A stretch of 64,000 nt of DNA, taken from assembly GCA_963839205.1 (NCBI GenBank), contig CAWITU010000002.1:75034-139033 (forward strand), written 5' to 3'. Positions 8,441-18,929 of the stretch are shown piece after piece (positions within the stretch are counted from its first letter, which is position 1; each line of letters starts with the position of its first letter). The stretch comes from an uncultured bacterium (lineage in GTDB: Bacteria; Patescibacteriota; Minisyncoccia; Phycocordibacterales; CAWITU01). The position numbers and the translations under genes were made by a program. The notes below the pieces were generated by a model. It was not told the DNA's origin. It did not search any database and worked only from the letters and a program-made list of their open reading frames with translations.

Positions 8441-9031
8441 ATGAATAAAGACGATACCAATTTAGTCGAACAAGCAAAAGAAAATCCTCAACTTTTCGAG
8501 GAATTGTACCGAAAATATGCCGATAAGGTGTTTAATTACTTTTGGTATCGCACTGGCCATGACAAGATGCTTGCTGAAGACTTCATGCAAGATACATTTG
8601 TGCGAGCTTTCAAGCATCTTAAAAAGTTCAATGTTCGTGGGTATTCATATCTCACATATCTTTTGACTATTGCTCGCCATATACTTATCGACCATTACAG
8701 AAAACCTGCATCGGTCCCCGTTGAAGATGTTGAAGATGTGCCATTTGAAATTACTCAGGACATAGATAAAAAGTCTGACGGTGAAGCTCTTTGGCACGCT
8801 GTCCAGACATTACCAGCTTCTAATCGAGATGTACTTCTCATGCACTATCAGCAGGACATGCCTATTAAGGCAATCTCTAAAGTTACAGGGGCATCCGAAA
8901 ATGCAGTCAAGCTCAACCTCTCACGTACGAGAAAAAGACTGGCTTCGCATCCATATCTCAGAGACATTCGAGATTTCGCTGATACAAAGCGCAAATATAC
9001 CAGACCTCGATTTATGAAAAAGAAGGCATGA
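8441..9031 (+). CDS. ECF RNA polymerase sigma factor
   Basis: FEELYRKY...AEDFMQDTF...YLLTIARHILIDHYRK (region 2); region 4 HTH. Confidence 0.9.
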   Translation: MNKDDTNLVEQAKENPQLFEELYRKYADKVFNYFWYRTGHDKMLAEDFMQDTFVRAFKHLKKFNVRGYSYLTYLLTIARHILIDHYRKPASVPVEDVEDVPFEITQDIDKKSDGEALWHAVQTLPASNRDVLLMHYQQDMPIKAISKVTGASENAVKLNLSRTRKRLASHPYLRDIRDFADTKRKYTRPRFMKKKA

Positions 9032-9387
9032 CACCTTTTCACACCTTGCCCGTTTAATATAGTGTAAAAGGTCAGGCGGAGTGGTCGAACGCTGGAGAAT
9101 TAAAAATTGGACGTAACCATATGATTTCAATCAATCAAATGAGACGTATTTTTAGGCTTAGAGATTATATCCGTTCAATATCTGATGCCACTTAAACGTC
9201 TCTCTAAGCATACACAGCTAAATATATTTTGTTTGCCTTAAACTCGGACACCGAGTAAAAGTATCACCACTATGATACTACAAGTTGATAAGGCCAAAGC
9301 CCAAGAGGCACTTGCCTCGGGCTCTTGGCGTAGATAATGAACATAGTAAGGTCGAATTACAAACCAATAAAATAAAATAAATTGTTT

Positions 9388-9891
9388 ATGCCGAATATCA
9401 CCAAAAAAGAAAGCAGAGATATACAGCCGTATGATGAGAAAGGTTCGTCTCCGTTGTTCCTAATTAACCGATTTTTCGACGATAGCCTCTGGGACCCATT
9501 CAATATTATGACACCAACTCTTATGGGTTCCCGAACGCTTGGTGGTACATCGAGCAGGTTTCCCAGAGTAGATGTTTCCGAGACTGACAAGGAAATAAAG
9601 GTTGTTGCCAATATACCAGGCATAGACCCAGACAAGGTTGATATTGAAGTCGGCGATGACTACCTTTCGCTCTCTGGAAAAGTCGAAAAAGAAGTTAAGG
9701 ATGAGGATAAGAAGGGTACAGTCTATCGTTATGAACGTGAGTACGGGGAGTTCAGGCGCGAGTTCTCCCTTCCAGCGAGGGTCAATAAGAATGCGATAGT
9801 GGCGAAAGCGAAGAATGGTGTACTAACTCTCACGTTGCCTAAGATGGACGACGAACGCAAGACAAAGGTTAAAGTTGAAGTAGAAAAGTAG
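9388..9891 (+). CDS. Hsp20/alpha-crystallin small heat-shock protein
   Basis: PRVDVSETD...IPGID...ERxYGEFRREFSLP...AKNGVLTLTLPK. Confidence 0.95.
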   Translation: MPNITKKESRDIQPYDEKGSSPLFLINRFFDDSLWDPFNIMTPTLMGSRTLGGTSSRFPRVDVSETDKEIKVVANIPGIDPDKVDIEVGDDYLSLSGKVEKEVKDEDKKGTVYRYEREYGEFRREFSLPARVNKNAIVAKAKNGVLTLTLPKMDDERKTKVKVEVEK

Positions 9892-9938
9892 CTTATCGCG
9901 CAGGTCGTCATTATTAGAGCTAATCGGTTGTCAAAAAT

Positions 9939-10319
9939 ATGAAAATAATCTCACTAAAACAAAACGCTATTGCGTGTTCCCTGTTGACAGCCGCTTTTAT
10001 GATAATTGCGGCAGGGATAGTACATGCTCAAACAGCGTCTTCAAGTCCGTATGTAACAACATCTACAACGCCAGATGGGGGCGTAAGTGTTAATATGGAT
10101 TTGCCAAACAACTTTAAGGGACAGGTCTATACTGTATATAAGGATGGAAAATGGCAGACCTTTTCTACCACAACACCCTTAACGAGTTCGGATGTTGCTT
10201 CAATGCAAAAAGAGATACAAGACCAAGAGAAAGCCATGCAAGAAATGTTTGCCGCACAGCAAAAATTATTTGAGCAAGAACAGCAAATGTTTCAAAATAT
10301 GTGGGGTAGTTTGTGGTAA
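9939..10319 (+). CDS. Secreted hypothetical protein
   Basis: Signal peptide ending VHA-Q; Q/M-rich helical C-terminus. Confidence 0.6.
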   Translation: MKIISLKQNAIACSLLTAAFMIIAAGIVHAQTASSSPYVTTSTTPDGGVSVNMDLPNNFKGQVYTVYKDGKWQTFSTTTPLTSSDVASMQKEIQDQEKAMQEMFAAQQKLFEQEQQMFQNMWGSLW

Positions 10320-10334
10320 TCATTAATCTAGAAG

Positions 10335-10358
10335 AAAGACACCCGAAAGGGTGTTTTT
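10335..10358 (+). terminator. Intrinsic terminator
   Basis: AAAGACACCC-gaaa-GGGTGTTTTT. Confidence 0.65.
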
Positions 10359-10490
10359 CATATAGTGAGTTGAGGAGTATGGTAAAAAATAGGAATGTAG
10401 ATAGTAGCGTCATTTTTCCTCTCAAAAATAGTTCTAACATCCTCTACGACGGCACCCCTAAAGAGAATCAGATTTTGCTATACTTAACGA

Positions 10491-11111
10491 ATGGAACAAG
10501 AAAATAAACCCAGGATAACTTTTAAAGAAATTTTTAAGAAAATTTGGCCCCACACTCGGTACAATCGAAGCTTACGTATCCTAATAAGTACGAACACGAC
10601 GATGAACTTCGTAGTAGGTTTGTTTGCACCATTTTATGCAGTGTATGTTGTGAAAATTGGAGGGAGTGTCGCACTCGCTGGTATTAGTTGGGCACTTTTC
10701 TCAATTGTTGCTGGTGTTTTAACTTTACTTTTTTCTAGTTGGGAATTAGAAATAAAAGAGCAGGAATTACTGATAGCCTCAAGCTATTTGTTAAAAGTTG
10801 TCGTCTTTATAAGTTACGCTTTCATGTCTAGTATCCCTCAATTATTTCTAACACAAATTATTTGGGGTGTTTCCTCTGCGCTGAATAACCCCGCCTTTGA
10901 TGCTTTGTATACTACTCATACTAGTAAGGATTCTCTAATTGGTGAATGGGGAGGCTGGGAGGGAATTAGTGCAATATCTACTGGTTTAGCAGCGCTCATT
11001 GGAGGTATTGCTATTGAGATAATAGGGTATCAAAGTATTTTTATTGTGATGGCATTGATTTCATTAGGTCTTTGTATTTATATTTGGCGCCTACCTAGAG
11101 AAGTACTATGA
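10491..11111 (+). CDS. Half-size (about 6 TM) MFS-like transporter
   Basis: GLFAPFYAVYV...GGS...LIGGI pattern; 206 aa, hydrophobic. Confidence 0.7.
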   Translation: MEQENKPRITFKEIFKKIWPHTRYNRSLRILISTNTTMNFVVGLFAPFYAVYVVKIGGSVALAGISWALFSIVAGVLTLLFSSWELEIKEQELLIASSYLLKVVVFISYAFMSSIPQLFLTQIIWGVSSALNNPAFDALYTTHTSKDSLIGEWGGWEGISAISTGLAALIGGIAIEIIGYQSIFIVMALISLGLCIYIWRLPREVL

Positions 11112-13444
11112 GAGAAAATTACAAAGGTTTAACTTCAGAACAAGCGAATGCATTGCTTAAACAGGGTGGCTCAAACAGTTTGCCAGAAAAAAAGAAAAAC
11201 TTCTTTCTTTTCTTTTTAAAAAGTTTTCTTTCTCCGGTATCGCTAATGCTTCTAGCTGCGGCTTTTCTCTCTTTGTATGCAGGTAATGAAGCCGATTTTT
11301 GGATTATTTTATTTCTATTTTTTTCTAATTTTGCAATTGGCTTCTGGCACGAGAGGAAGGCTGACAAATCCATCAAACAACTACAAAAACATCTCACGAT
11401 TAAGGTCAGTACCTTTCGAGATGATGTCTGGAAATTGATAGATTCTATTGATCTTGTTGTGGGGGATGTTGTTGCACTTAAAGTTGGAATGATTGTACCA
11501 GCTGATGTTGCCATCATTGAATCAAAGAATCTGTCAATCAATGAATCAGTACTTACTGGAGAATCTTTGCCTAAAGAAAAAACGGTTGGAGGAACTTCAT
11601 ACTCTGGATCATATGTAACAACTGGTGACGCTGTTGTCAGGGTCACAGCAACTGGAGCAAAAACTTTCTTTGGTATGACTGTTGCCTCAATAGATTCAAA
11701 GCCTCGTCAGAGTTCTCTGGAAAAAGATATTCTCTCAATTTCTAAATTCATCTCGATCATAAGTATTGTAATTGTAATAATTTTAACGTTAGTACTTCTA
11801 ACAAATCACGCAGCATTTATTAATGTAGTAACTCTAGATTTGAGTCTTCTAATTGCTGGTATTCCCGTTGCTCTTCCGACTGTCATGAGTTTAATTATAA
11901 GTATCGGTGTTCTTAATCTCTCAAAGAAGCAAGTAATTGTCAGAAGGCTTGCATCTCTTGAAGACTTAGCGAATGTTGACTTACTTCTTTCAGATAAAAC
12001 CGGAACGCTTACTCAAAATAGTATTAAAGTGGAAAAAATAATTCCATTTGAAAACTTTACTGAAAATGATGTCGTAAAATATGCAGTGAGCGCGATTGTT
12101 AATAAAGACAATAATCCGCAAGATCATGCTGTTTTCGAAAAAGCAAAAACATTATCACTTGCCCCGTATCATCAGGACGACTACATTCCTGGAGATTCAG
12201 AGAGAAAGAGAAGCACGGCCTTCATTACTGTAGATGATAAAAAATATGCGGTGGCCTCCGGTACACCTCAGATTATTAAATCTTTATGTACTTTAGATAA
12301 GTCGTCCGAAGAATTATTTGATAATGCGGTAAAGAATGGTGCAGAGGATGGGTATAGGGCTTTAGCGGTTGCTGTTAACACAAAAGGTATCGAAGAAAAA
12401 AACATGGAATTAATTGGTATTCTTTTTGTGGCTGATAGTTTGCACGCTGATGCCAAATCAACAGTAGAGTTTATGGAACAAAATGGTATTGGGGTCAAAA
12501 TGATTACGGGAGATAATATTGAAATTAGTATGAGAGTAGCTAGAAAGCTCGGAATTAAGGGTGGGATTTACACTAGGAGTATTTTAGATGGTGACAGAAA
12601 TTTTCTAGAAGAACGTTTTGATTCAATCGGAGGCTTTGCTGAAGTGTTACCAAAGGATAAATATGAAATTGTTTCAATTGCTAGGGGTCACCATGTTGTA
12701 GCAATGACAGGTGATGGGGTAAATGATTTGCCTGCGGTTAAAAATGCCGATGTCGGTTTTGCTGTAAGTGGAGCAGTCGACGCTCTCAAGGGAGGGGCTG
12801 ACATTGTACTTCTAAAGAACGGAATTTCAGTTATTAAAGACGCAATTATTGAGGCAAGGAAAATTTTCACACGTCTTTACGATTATTCACTCTACCGAAT
12901 TTCTGAAAGTTTTAGATTAATTATCACTATTGCTGTTATTGGTTTAATTTTTAAAACATATCCACTCACGCCTGTTCAGATAATTATTCTGGCATTTTTG
13001 AATGATATCCCGATTGTGTCCCTAGCATTTGATCGTGTTAAAGATACAGAGAAACCGGCTCATATTGATGCCAGAAAACGTTTTACTCTCAGTACTTTGT
13101 TTGGTCTGACCGGAGTAGCTAATAGCATGATCCTACTTTTTATAATGATTTGGCTACATTTACCATGGGCAGTGATTCAAACAGTCTTCTTCCTTAAACT
13201 CACTGTCTCAGGTCATATGCTTGTTTACGTAGCACATACAAAAGAAAAATGGTTTGAGTATTTACCGAGTTCGCAGGTTATTATTGCCACTATCACAACT
13301 CAGGTTGTTGCGACACTTCTTGCATATTTTGGATTGTTTACTGCTCCAATATCAATTTCTCTCATTGTCCTAGTTTGGGTCTGGTCATTCTTCTGGATGC
13401 AGATTAGTGAAATAATGAAGCACCAAAAATTAATTGCAGTGTAA
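11108..13444 (+). CDS. P-type ATPase, probably P3A H+-exporting type
   Basis: LTGESLP, GIPVALP, DKTGTLT, MITGD, MTGDGVND, and LAFLND in TM6 as in plasma-membrane H+-ATPases. Confidence 0.85.
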   Translation: MRENYKGLTSEQANALLKQGGSNSLPEKKKNFFLFFLKSFLSPVSLMLLAAAFLSLYAGNEADFWIILFLFFSNFAIGFWHERKADKSIKQLQKHLTIKVSTFRDDVWKLIDSIDLVVGDVVALKVGMIVPADVAIIESKNLSINESVLTGESLPKEKTVGGTSYSGSYVTTGDAVVRVTATGAKTFFGMTVASIDSKPRQSSLEKDILSISKFISIISIVIVIILTLVLLTNHAAFINVVTLDLSLLIAGIPVALPTVMSLIISIGVLNLSKKQVIVRRLASLEDLANVDLLLSDKTGTLTQNSIKVEKIIPFENFTENDVVKYAVSAIVNKDNNPQDHAVFEKAKTLSLAPYHQDDYIPGDSERKRSTAFITVDDKKYAVASGTPQIIKSLCTLDKSSEELFDNAVKNGAEDGYRALAVAVNTKGIEEKNMELIGILFVADSLHADAKSTVEFMEQNGIGVKMITGDNIEISMRVARKLGIKGGIYTRSILDGDRNFLEERFDSIGGFAEVLPKDKYEIVSIARGHHVVAMTGDGVNDLPAVKNADVGFAVSGAVDALKGGADIVLLKNGISVIKDAIIEARKIFTRLYDYSLYRISESFRLIITIAVIGLIFKTYPLTPVQIIILAFLNDIPIVSLAFDRVKDTEKPAHIDARKRFTLSTLFGLTGVANSMILLFIMIWLHLPWAVIQTVFFLKLTVSGHMLVYVAHTKEKWFEYLPSSQVIIATITTQVVATLLAYFGLFTAPISISLIVLVWVWSFFWMQISEIMKHQKLIAV

Positions 13445-13492
13445 AGTTTAATATATCTTTCTCGTCTTTGTCTGTATAATAGCTAAGATTAA

Positions 13493-15256
13493 ATGACCGC
13501 ATTTCTATTCATTTCATTCATAGCCGGTATTTTAACGGTAATCTCACCTTGTGTGTTGCCTCTTTTGCCAATTATAGTTGGAGGATCAATTGCCGGCGGA
13601 AAAAGTTTGAGAAGGGCGCTTGTGGTAACAAGCGCCCTTGGTGTTTCTGTATTCCTTTTCACATTTCTTCTTAAAGTCTCAACTGTATTTGTAATAGTAC
13701 CGCAGGGTGTCTGGAATTGGATTTCAGGCCTAATTCTTTTTGTAGTTGGTATTTCATTTTTATTCCCAACACTTTGGGATCGAATACCTTTAATTAATGC
13801 TCTGTATAGAAGGTCAAATAAAATACTTGGATCTGGTTATCAAAAACAAAATATTTGGGGAGACGTTGTTGTGGGAGCTGCACTTGGACCAGTTTTTTCA
13901 AGTTGTAGCCCAACATATTTTGTAGTGCTCGCCAGCGTTCTGCCGGTGAGTCTTTCTGCTGGTGTTATTGATATTCTTGCTTACACTCTCGGTATGTGTG
14001 GTTTCCTTTTAATAATCTCGGTTATTGGTCAAAACATAGTTAATCGACTAGGTATCGTCGCCGATCCAAATGGTTGGTTTAGAAAAGTAATTGGAGCTCT
14101 ATTTATTTTAGTCGCTTTAATTATAGTTACTGGTATTCAAAATATTATTGAAGCACCACTTTATAATATTTTTGATGAAACAAAAGTTGAACAACATTTT
14201 TTGTCCGGAAATGCTATACCTTCGCCGACGCCTAACGGAGTAGCTCAGACGGTGGGTACAACTTCTACAAATTTTTTGAGTTTGTCGGAAAAAGCCATGA
14301 TATATGAGAAGGCTCCAGAGCTCGTTTCTCCAGATGGGTATATCAATACAGGCGGACAACCAATAACTCTCAGTCAGTATGTTGGAAAGGATGTCGTCCT
14401 GGTAGATTTTTGGGATTATAGTTGTATCAATTGTCAGCGAACAATTCCATATTTAAATGCTTGGTATCAGAAATATAAAGATCAAGGGCTTGTCATCATC
14501 GGCGTTCATACGCCCGAATTTGCCTTTGAACATCAGTTATCTAATATACAGTCGGCAGTAAATCAATTTGGAATTAAATATCCAGTAGTGCTTGATAATG
14601 AATATAAAACTTGGAATGCGTTTAACAATGAATATTGGCCAAATGAGTATCTAATTGATATTGATGGTTATATTGTTCACAACCAAGCGGGTGAGGGTAA
14701 TTATGACGAGACCGAAAAAGCTATTCAGCAAGCTCTGGCCGAGCGCGCCGCACGTCTTGGTTCTAATCAAGTCGTCGCGACTTCAACTGTTGCTATTCCG
14801 ACGACAGATTTATCTGCTATACAAAGTCCGGAAACATATTTTGGTTCAGACAGAAACGAGTATCTTGGTAATGGAACACCTGGCGAACAAGGTGTTCAAA
14901 ATTTTGCTTTGCCAAATAATCCACAATTAAATACTTTATATCTTGGTGGAAGTTGGAATATTTTCCCTCAGTATGCGGAAGCTGGTGCTAGTAGTAGTGT
15001 CGTCTTTGAATATAATGCGCATGATATTTATATGGTAGCTGCAAATAATGGAGGAAGCGTAAAAATAAAAGTATTGCTAGACGGACAGCCCGTTGGCAAC
15101 TTTGCTGGAGCAGATGTAGATCCAAAAACTAGTGAGGCAATTATAAACGGAGATCGTCTTTACAAACTCGTTCACAACCCAACCCCCGGCGTTCACACAA
15201 TTGAGATTCAAATTGAGAGTGGAACTCTAGATGCATATACATTTACTTTTGGATAA
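13493..15256 (+). CDS. dipZ: DipZ-like CcdA/DsbD + thioredoxin + C-terminal beta-domain fusion
   Basis: SPCVLPLLP TM domain; DFWDYSCINCQR; GVHTPEFAFE; SPETYFG; ends YTFTFG. Confidence 0.85.
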   Translation: MTAFLFISFIAGILTVISPCVLPLLPIIVGGSIAGGKSLRRALVVTSALGVSVFLFTFLLKVSTVFVIVPQGVWNWISGLILFVVGISFLFPTLWDRIPLINALYRRSNKILGSGYQKQNIWGDVVVGAALGPVFSSCSPTYFVVLASVLPVSLSAGVIDILAYTLGMCGFLLIISVIGQNIVNRLGIVADPNGWFRKVIGALFILVALIIVTGIQNIIEAPLYNIFDETKVEQHFLSGNAIPSPTPNGVAQTVGTTSTNFLSLSEKAMIYEKAPELVSPDGYINTGGQPITLSQYVGKDVVLVDFWDYSCINCQRTIPYLNAWYQKYKDQGLVIIGVHTPEFAFEHQLSNIQSAVNQFGIKYPVVLDNEYKTWNAFNNEYWPNEYLIDIDGYIVHNQAGEGNYDETEKAIQQALAERAARLGSNQVVATSTVAIPTTDLSAIQSPETYFGSDRNEYLGNGTPGEQGVQNFALPNNPQLNTLYLGGSWNIFPQYAEAGASSSVVFEYNAHDIYMVAANNGGSVKIKVLLDGQPVGNFAGADVDPKTSEAIINGDRLYKLVHNPTPGVHTIEIQIESGTLDAYTFTFG

Positions 15257-15501
15257 TTAATTGAGGAAGTCATATATGGTACATTGCTTCTCATGTAGAT
15301 TGTGTTCTGGTGGTATTTTTTGTAATTTAAATATATTGATGTCGTCATGGCTGTGTTAGATAGGGTATTGAAGGAGATATAGTATTTTAATTCCAAGGGC
15401 TCAAACATGGGTACCACTTTAAGCTGTCGTATCTTTCCTCTCCCTATTTAATTGCCAGTCCGCTTCGGGCGGACTGGCCTGTGTTAGGGCGTTTTTTAGA
15501 G

Positions 15502-15531
15502 GTAATATCTTTCTGAGTAGCCCGTCTTAGC
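15502..15531 (+). promoter_or_regulatory. ECF-type promoter GTAATA-N15-CGTC
   Basis: Same motif and spacing as at 19644-19673 and 19696-19725. Confidence 0.55.
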
Positions 15532-15584
15532 TTAAAAGGATTATAAATAAAGGTCGTTTTATCAACATTTAAATTAAAAATACT

Positions 15585-15776
15585 ATGTGGCAAAACTATC
15601 TAAATGCACTGCTGGGGTTTGTTTTAGCGATTTTGGCCTTTGTAGGTCCAACGGGCACAACGCTCACATGGACATTGTTTGGCTTCGGTCTGGTAATACT
15701 GGTAGTAGGTCTATGGGGAGGAATTGCAGCATCAACTTATAACGAAGCTGAAGAACACCGACACGGACATGCCTAA
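15585..15776 (+). CDS. Small membrane protein (SPW-repeat-like)
   Basis: MWQNYLNALLG..., two TM helices, 63 aa. Confidence 0.6.
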   Translation: MWQNYLNALLGFVLAILAFVGPTGTTLTWTLFGFGLVILVVGLWGGIAASTYNEAEEHRHGHA

Positions 15777-15800
15777 GTTTGATTAAAGAAAATTTGTAGA

Positions 15801-15834
15801 CGAAAAAATTCACTCTCGCGAGTGGATTTTTTCG
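15801..15834. terminator. Bidirectional terminator between convergent genes
   Basis: CGAAAAAATTCACTC-tcgc-GAGTGGATTTTTTCG. Confidence 0.7.
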
Positions 15835-17451
15835 TCACATCGTCGGTATCATCCATTTCAAATAGTAAGCTTGAAGATAAGTAATTACACAGATAATTAA
15901 TACGAGACCAATACTGTGAAGTATTGTAAATCTGAAAAGCTTTCCTTCTTGCCCAGTTAATTTTGTAGATGCAGTTGCTACTGAAATACTTTGTGGTGAG
16001 ATCATTTTTGCTGCGACGCCGCCACTACTATTGGCGGCGACAGTTAAGACTGGATTTATACCAAGAGAATGTGCTGTTTGTGATTGAATATTACTGAATA
16101 GTGCATTCGAAGAGGTATCGCTTCCAGTTATGAAGACGCCAAACCATCCTAGGAGCGGTGAAAGAAAAGGAAAAAACTGCCCTGTTGATGTTAAGGCATT
16201 ACCGATAGCGGCGGACATCCCTCCATAATTGGCAACATAAGCAAAACCAACTATTGAGGCGATAGTAACCAGTGATTTACTTAATTCATTCAATGTTTCT
16301 AATGCTGTTTGCCAAAATATTTTCCAGGGAAGCTTGAGAATAATCGCTGTAAGTATTGTGGCGAAGAGAATGGAAGTTCCTGCAGCGCCAAGCCAGGTGA
16401 AAGAATAACTTATTGAAAGACTGCTGCCGTTACTAATTATTGAATTATTAAGTGAACCAAAAGGAATTAATATCGTTACTTTGTTTAGAATTTGTTGGAT
16501 GCTGGTAATTCCCCAACTTCCTATAAAAATAATCAGTAAAAGAAATGGTGTCCAAGCTCGGATTAATTCACTTTTGTTATGTGGGGGTCTGGTTGTTTTA
16601 GCAACTTCATTTAATTTTTCTTTTGGAAAACACCAAATTTCTTTTGGTTGCCAGATTTTAAGCAAACCGATTAAACAAATAATAGAAACAATTGCAGAAA
16701 GAACATCAGGAAGAGTTGGTCCCAAATAACTCGCAGTTAAAAACATGGTCAAAGCGTATGACCCACCAGTTACCAAAATGGCTGGCCAAATATCTTTAGC
16801 CCCTTTCCATCCCGAAACAATAAGGACAAGCCATAGCGGAATAATAAAAGCGATTATCGGAAGTTGGTGAGCAATCATTTTACTCAGAATGTTTTGATCA
16901 ATATTTGTTAAGTGGCCTGCTGTAATAACGGCAATACCAATACCGCCAAAAGCTACTGGTGCGGTATTGGCGATAAGACAAACTCCCGCAGCATACAACG
17001 GTTCAAAACCAAGACCGACTAGCATACCAGCTGTGATGGCCACAGGCGCTCCGAAACCGGCGGCGCCTTCAAGGAAGGCGCCGAAACAAAAAGCGATTAG
17101 TAGTGCCTGAAGTCTACGATCAGTTGTAACAGACTCAATACTATCGCGGACAATTTCAAAACCACCACTTCTAACACTGATGTTATAAAGAAAAACAGCA
17201 TTAAGAACAATCCAGCCAATTGGGAATAATCCATTTAAAATTCCATAAAATCCCGAGAGGAGTGCCAGACTAATTGGCATTGAATAAACTGTTGTGACAA
17301 TTAAAAGACCCGATAACAATGTTAGTAAAGTCGCAATATGACCTGACACTTTACGACTAAGTAAAAGTACAAAGAGAATTACAATTGGAACAACCGCCAC
17401 TATCGCAGAAAAGAGTGTGTTGTGTAGAGGGTTTGTAACTTGATACCACAT
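15835..17451 (-). CDS. lctP: L-lactate permease (LctP/LldP family)
   Basis: FGAFLEGAAGFGAPVAI, ANTAPVAFGG, TGSDTSSNALF, KMISPQSI. Confidence 0.92.
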   Translation of the reverse strand: MWYQVTNPLHNTLFSAIVAVVPIVILFVLLLSRKVSGHIATLLTLLSGLLIVTTVYSMPISLALLSGFYGILNGLFPIGWIVLNAVFLYNISVRSGGFEIVRDSIESVTTDRRLQALLIAFCFGAFLEGAAGFGAPVAITAGMLVGLGFEPLYAAGVCLIANTAPVAFGGIGIAVITAGHLTNIDQNILSKMIAHQLPIIAFIIPLWLVLIVSGWKGAKDIWPAILVTGGSYALTMFLTASYLGPTLPDVLSAIVSIICLIGLLKIWQPKEIWCFPKEKLNEVAKTTRPPHNKSELIRAWTPFLLLIIFIGSWGITSIQQILNKVTILIPFGSLNNSIISNGSSLSISYSFTWLGAAGTSILFATILTAIILKLPWKIFWQTALETLNELSKSLVTIASIVGFAYVANYGGMSAAIGNALTSTGQFFPFLSPLLGWFGVFITGSDTSSNALFSNIQSQTAHSLGINPVLTVAANSSGGVAAKMISPQSISVATASTKLTGQEGKLFRFTILHSIGLVLIICVITYLQAYYLKWMIPTM

Positions 17452-17570
17452 AGGTATTTATTATAACTTATAAAATATCAACTGATTAGATTGAAACGTC
17501 ATACTTTTCCATTTCAATCGTCTTCCTAAAGAGTAAATAGCCCATTCATTATTAGTTAAATACATAATTT

Positions 17571-18062
17571 ATGAAAACAACAGGAGTAATTTGGACAATA
17601 GTGGTCGTTATTATAATTATCGGGGCAATTTGGTGGTTTGTATCTTACCAATATAGTTCTCAATATAATAGTTCAGTGTCATCATCAACGGTAGTTAACA
17701 CTCAGCCGATTATTCAGTCTCCTGCCACATCTACCGTGTCTATCGCCACAGATCCAACCTTAGGCTCATATCTCACAGCTACAAACGGAATGACCCTGTA
17801 TGTATCAAGTGCTGATATCCTCGGTGTAAGTAAGTGTACAAGTACTAGTTGTATGACAAGCTGGCCAGCGTATACAGTTTCACCGGGTAGCGATTTAACG
17901 GTAGGTCCTGGTATAAATGGAATAGTAAGTTCAACAACACGTAGTGATGGCACAATGCAAGTTACGTATAATGGAAGTCCTCTCTATTTTTGGTCAAATG
18001 ATGTTAACCCGGGTGATATAAAGGGAAACGGTGTAAGCACTTTCACAGTTGCCAAACCTTAG
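17571..18062 (+). CDS. Membrane-anchored secreted-repeat (Lipoprotein_15/COG4315-like) protein
   Basis: GSYLTATNGMTLY...C...C...WP; RSDGTMQVTYNGSPLYFW..D..PGD..G. Confidence 0.8.
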   Translation: MKTTGVIWTIVVVIIIIGAIWWFVSYQYSSQYNSSVSSSTVVNTQPIIQSPATSTVSIATDPTLGSYLTATNGMTLYVSSADILGVSKCTSTSCMTSWPAYTVSPGSDLTVGPGINGIVSSTTRSDGTMQVTYNGSPLYFWSNDVNPGDIKGNGVSTFTVAKP

Positions 18063-18075
18063 GTAAAATAATCTT

Positions 18076-18324
18076 ATGAATATAATTCTTTATACGAAGA
18101 CGGGGTGTCCTTGGTGTGCGGGAGTCTTAGAGTTACTTCGAGATAAATCCGTACCTTTTGAAGAAAGGGAAGTACGTGGAAATAAAGCTTATTTTGAGGA
18201 GCTTGTTAAAAAGTCAGGGCAAGATAAAACACCAACTCTAGACATCGATGGATTTATATTAGCTGATTCAGATAAGGATCAAGTATCTGCTTATCTTAAA
18301 GAAAAAGGAGTACCGGGGTTCTAG
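18076..18324 (+). CDS. Glutaredoxin-like protein
   Basis: YTKTGCPWC, SGQDKTPTL. Confidence 0.9.
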   Translation: MNIILYTKTGCPWCAGVLELLRDKSVPFEEREVRGNKAYFEELVKKSGQDKTPTLDIDGFILADSDKDQVSAYLKEKGVPGF

Positions 18325-18356
18325 AATTTAAATTCGGATTTGGTATACTTTTTGAT

Positions 18357-18872
18357 ATGAAAGACGCACTACGTTTCTTGCAAGAAAACGATACCGCTGT
18401 CATATCAACGGCGTATGGTAATGTCCCTTATTCCGCAACGGTTCACTATTTTGTTGATTCTAAATTTAACTTTTATTTCATAACTAGGCAGGGCACCGAT
18501 AAGTATCTTAATTTGGTGATTAATTCAAATGTATTTGTCGTTGTAGGCACTGGTCCAAAACATATATCCGTTCAAGTAAGGGGCAAAGCAAATATTTTGA
18601 AAGGAAAAGAAAAACAGTCTGCTTTGGACGATGTCTTGTCAGTGATAAAAAATAAAAAAATAAACAAATGGCCGATTAAGGAAATGAAAAAATTTTCACC
18701 AGGACCAACTTTTATTGACACGCTCCTTAAGTCAGAGGTAGTGGTTAAGATTGTGCCACAACAGCTTATCTTTATGAACCTTGATGATGAAAAATATCCT
18801 GAATCACTTTCGACCGAATACCATACAATCCTGCCGAAGACAAAGTCGCAACCAAAGAAAAAGAAAAAATAA
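18357..18872 (+). CDS. Pyridoxamine 5'-phosphate oxidase-like FMN-binding protein
   Basis: AVIST...PYSATVHY...FYFITR..T.K..NL..N..V; SVQVRGKA. Confidence 0.75.
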   Translation: MKDALRFLQENDTAVISTAYGNVPYSATVHYFVDSKFNFYFITRQGTDKYLNLVINSNVFVVVGTGPKHISVQVRGKANILKGKEKQSALDDVLSVIKNKKINKWPIKEMKKFSPGPTFIDTLLKSEVVVKIVPQQLIFMNLDDEKYPESLSTEYHTILPKTKSQPKKKKK

Positions 18873-18904
18873 AAAACCCGCCACGACCAAGGCGGGTTTT
18901 TTAT
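18871..18904. terminator. Bidirectional terminator
   Basis: AAAAAACCCGCC-acgaccaa-GGCGGGTTTTTT. Confidence 0.75.
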
Positions 18905-18929
18905 TATGAAGTAATTTGTAATTATACTT

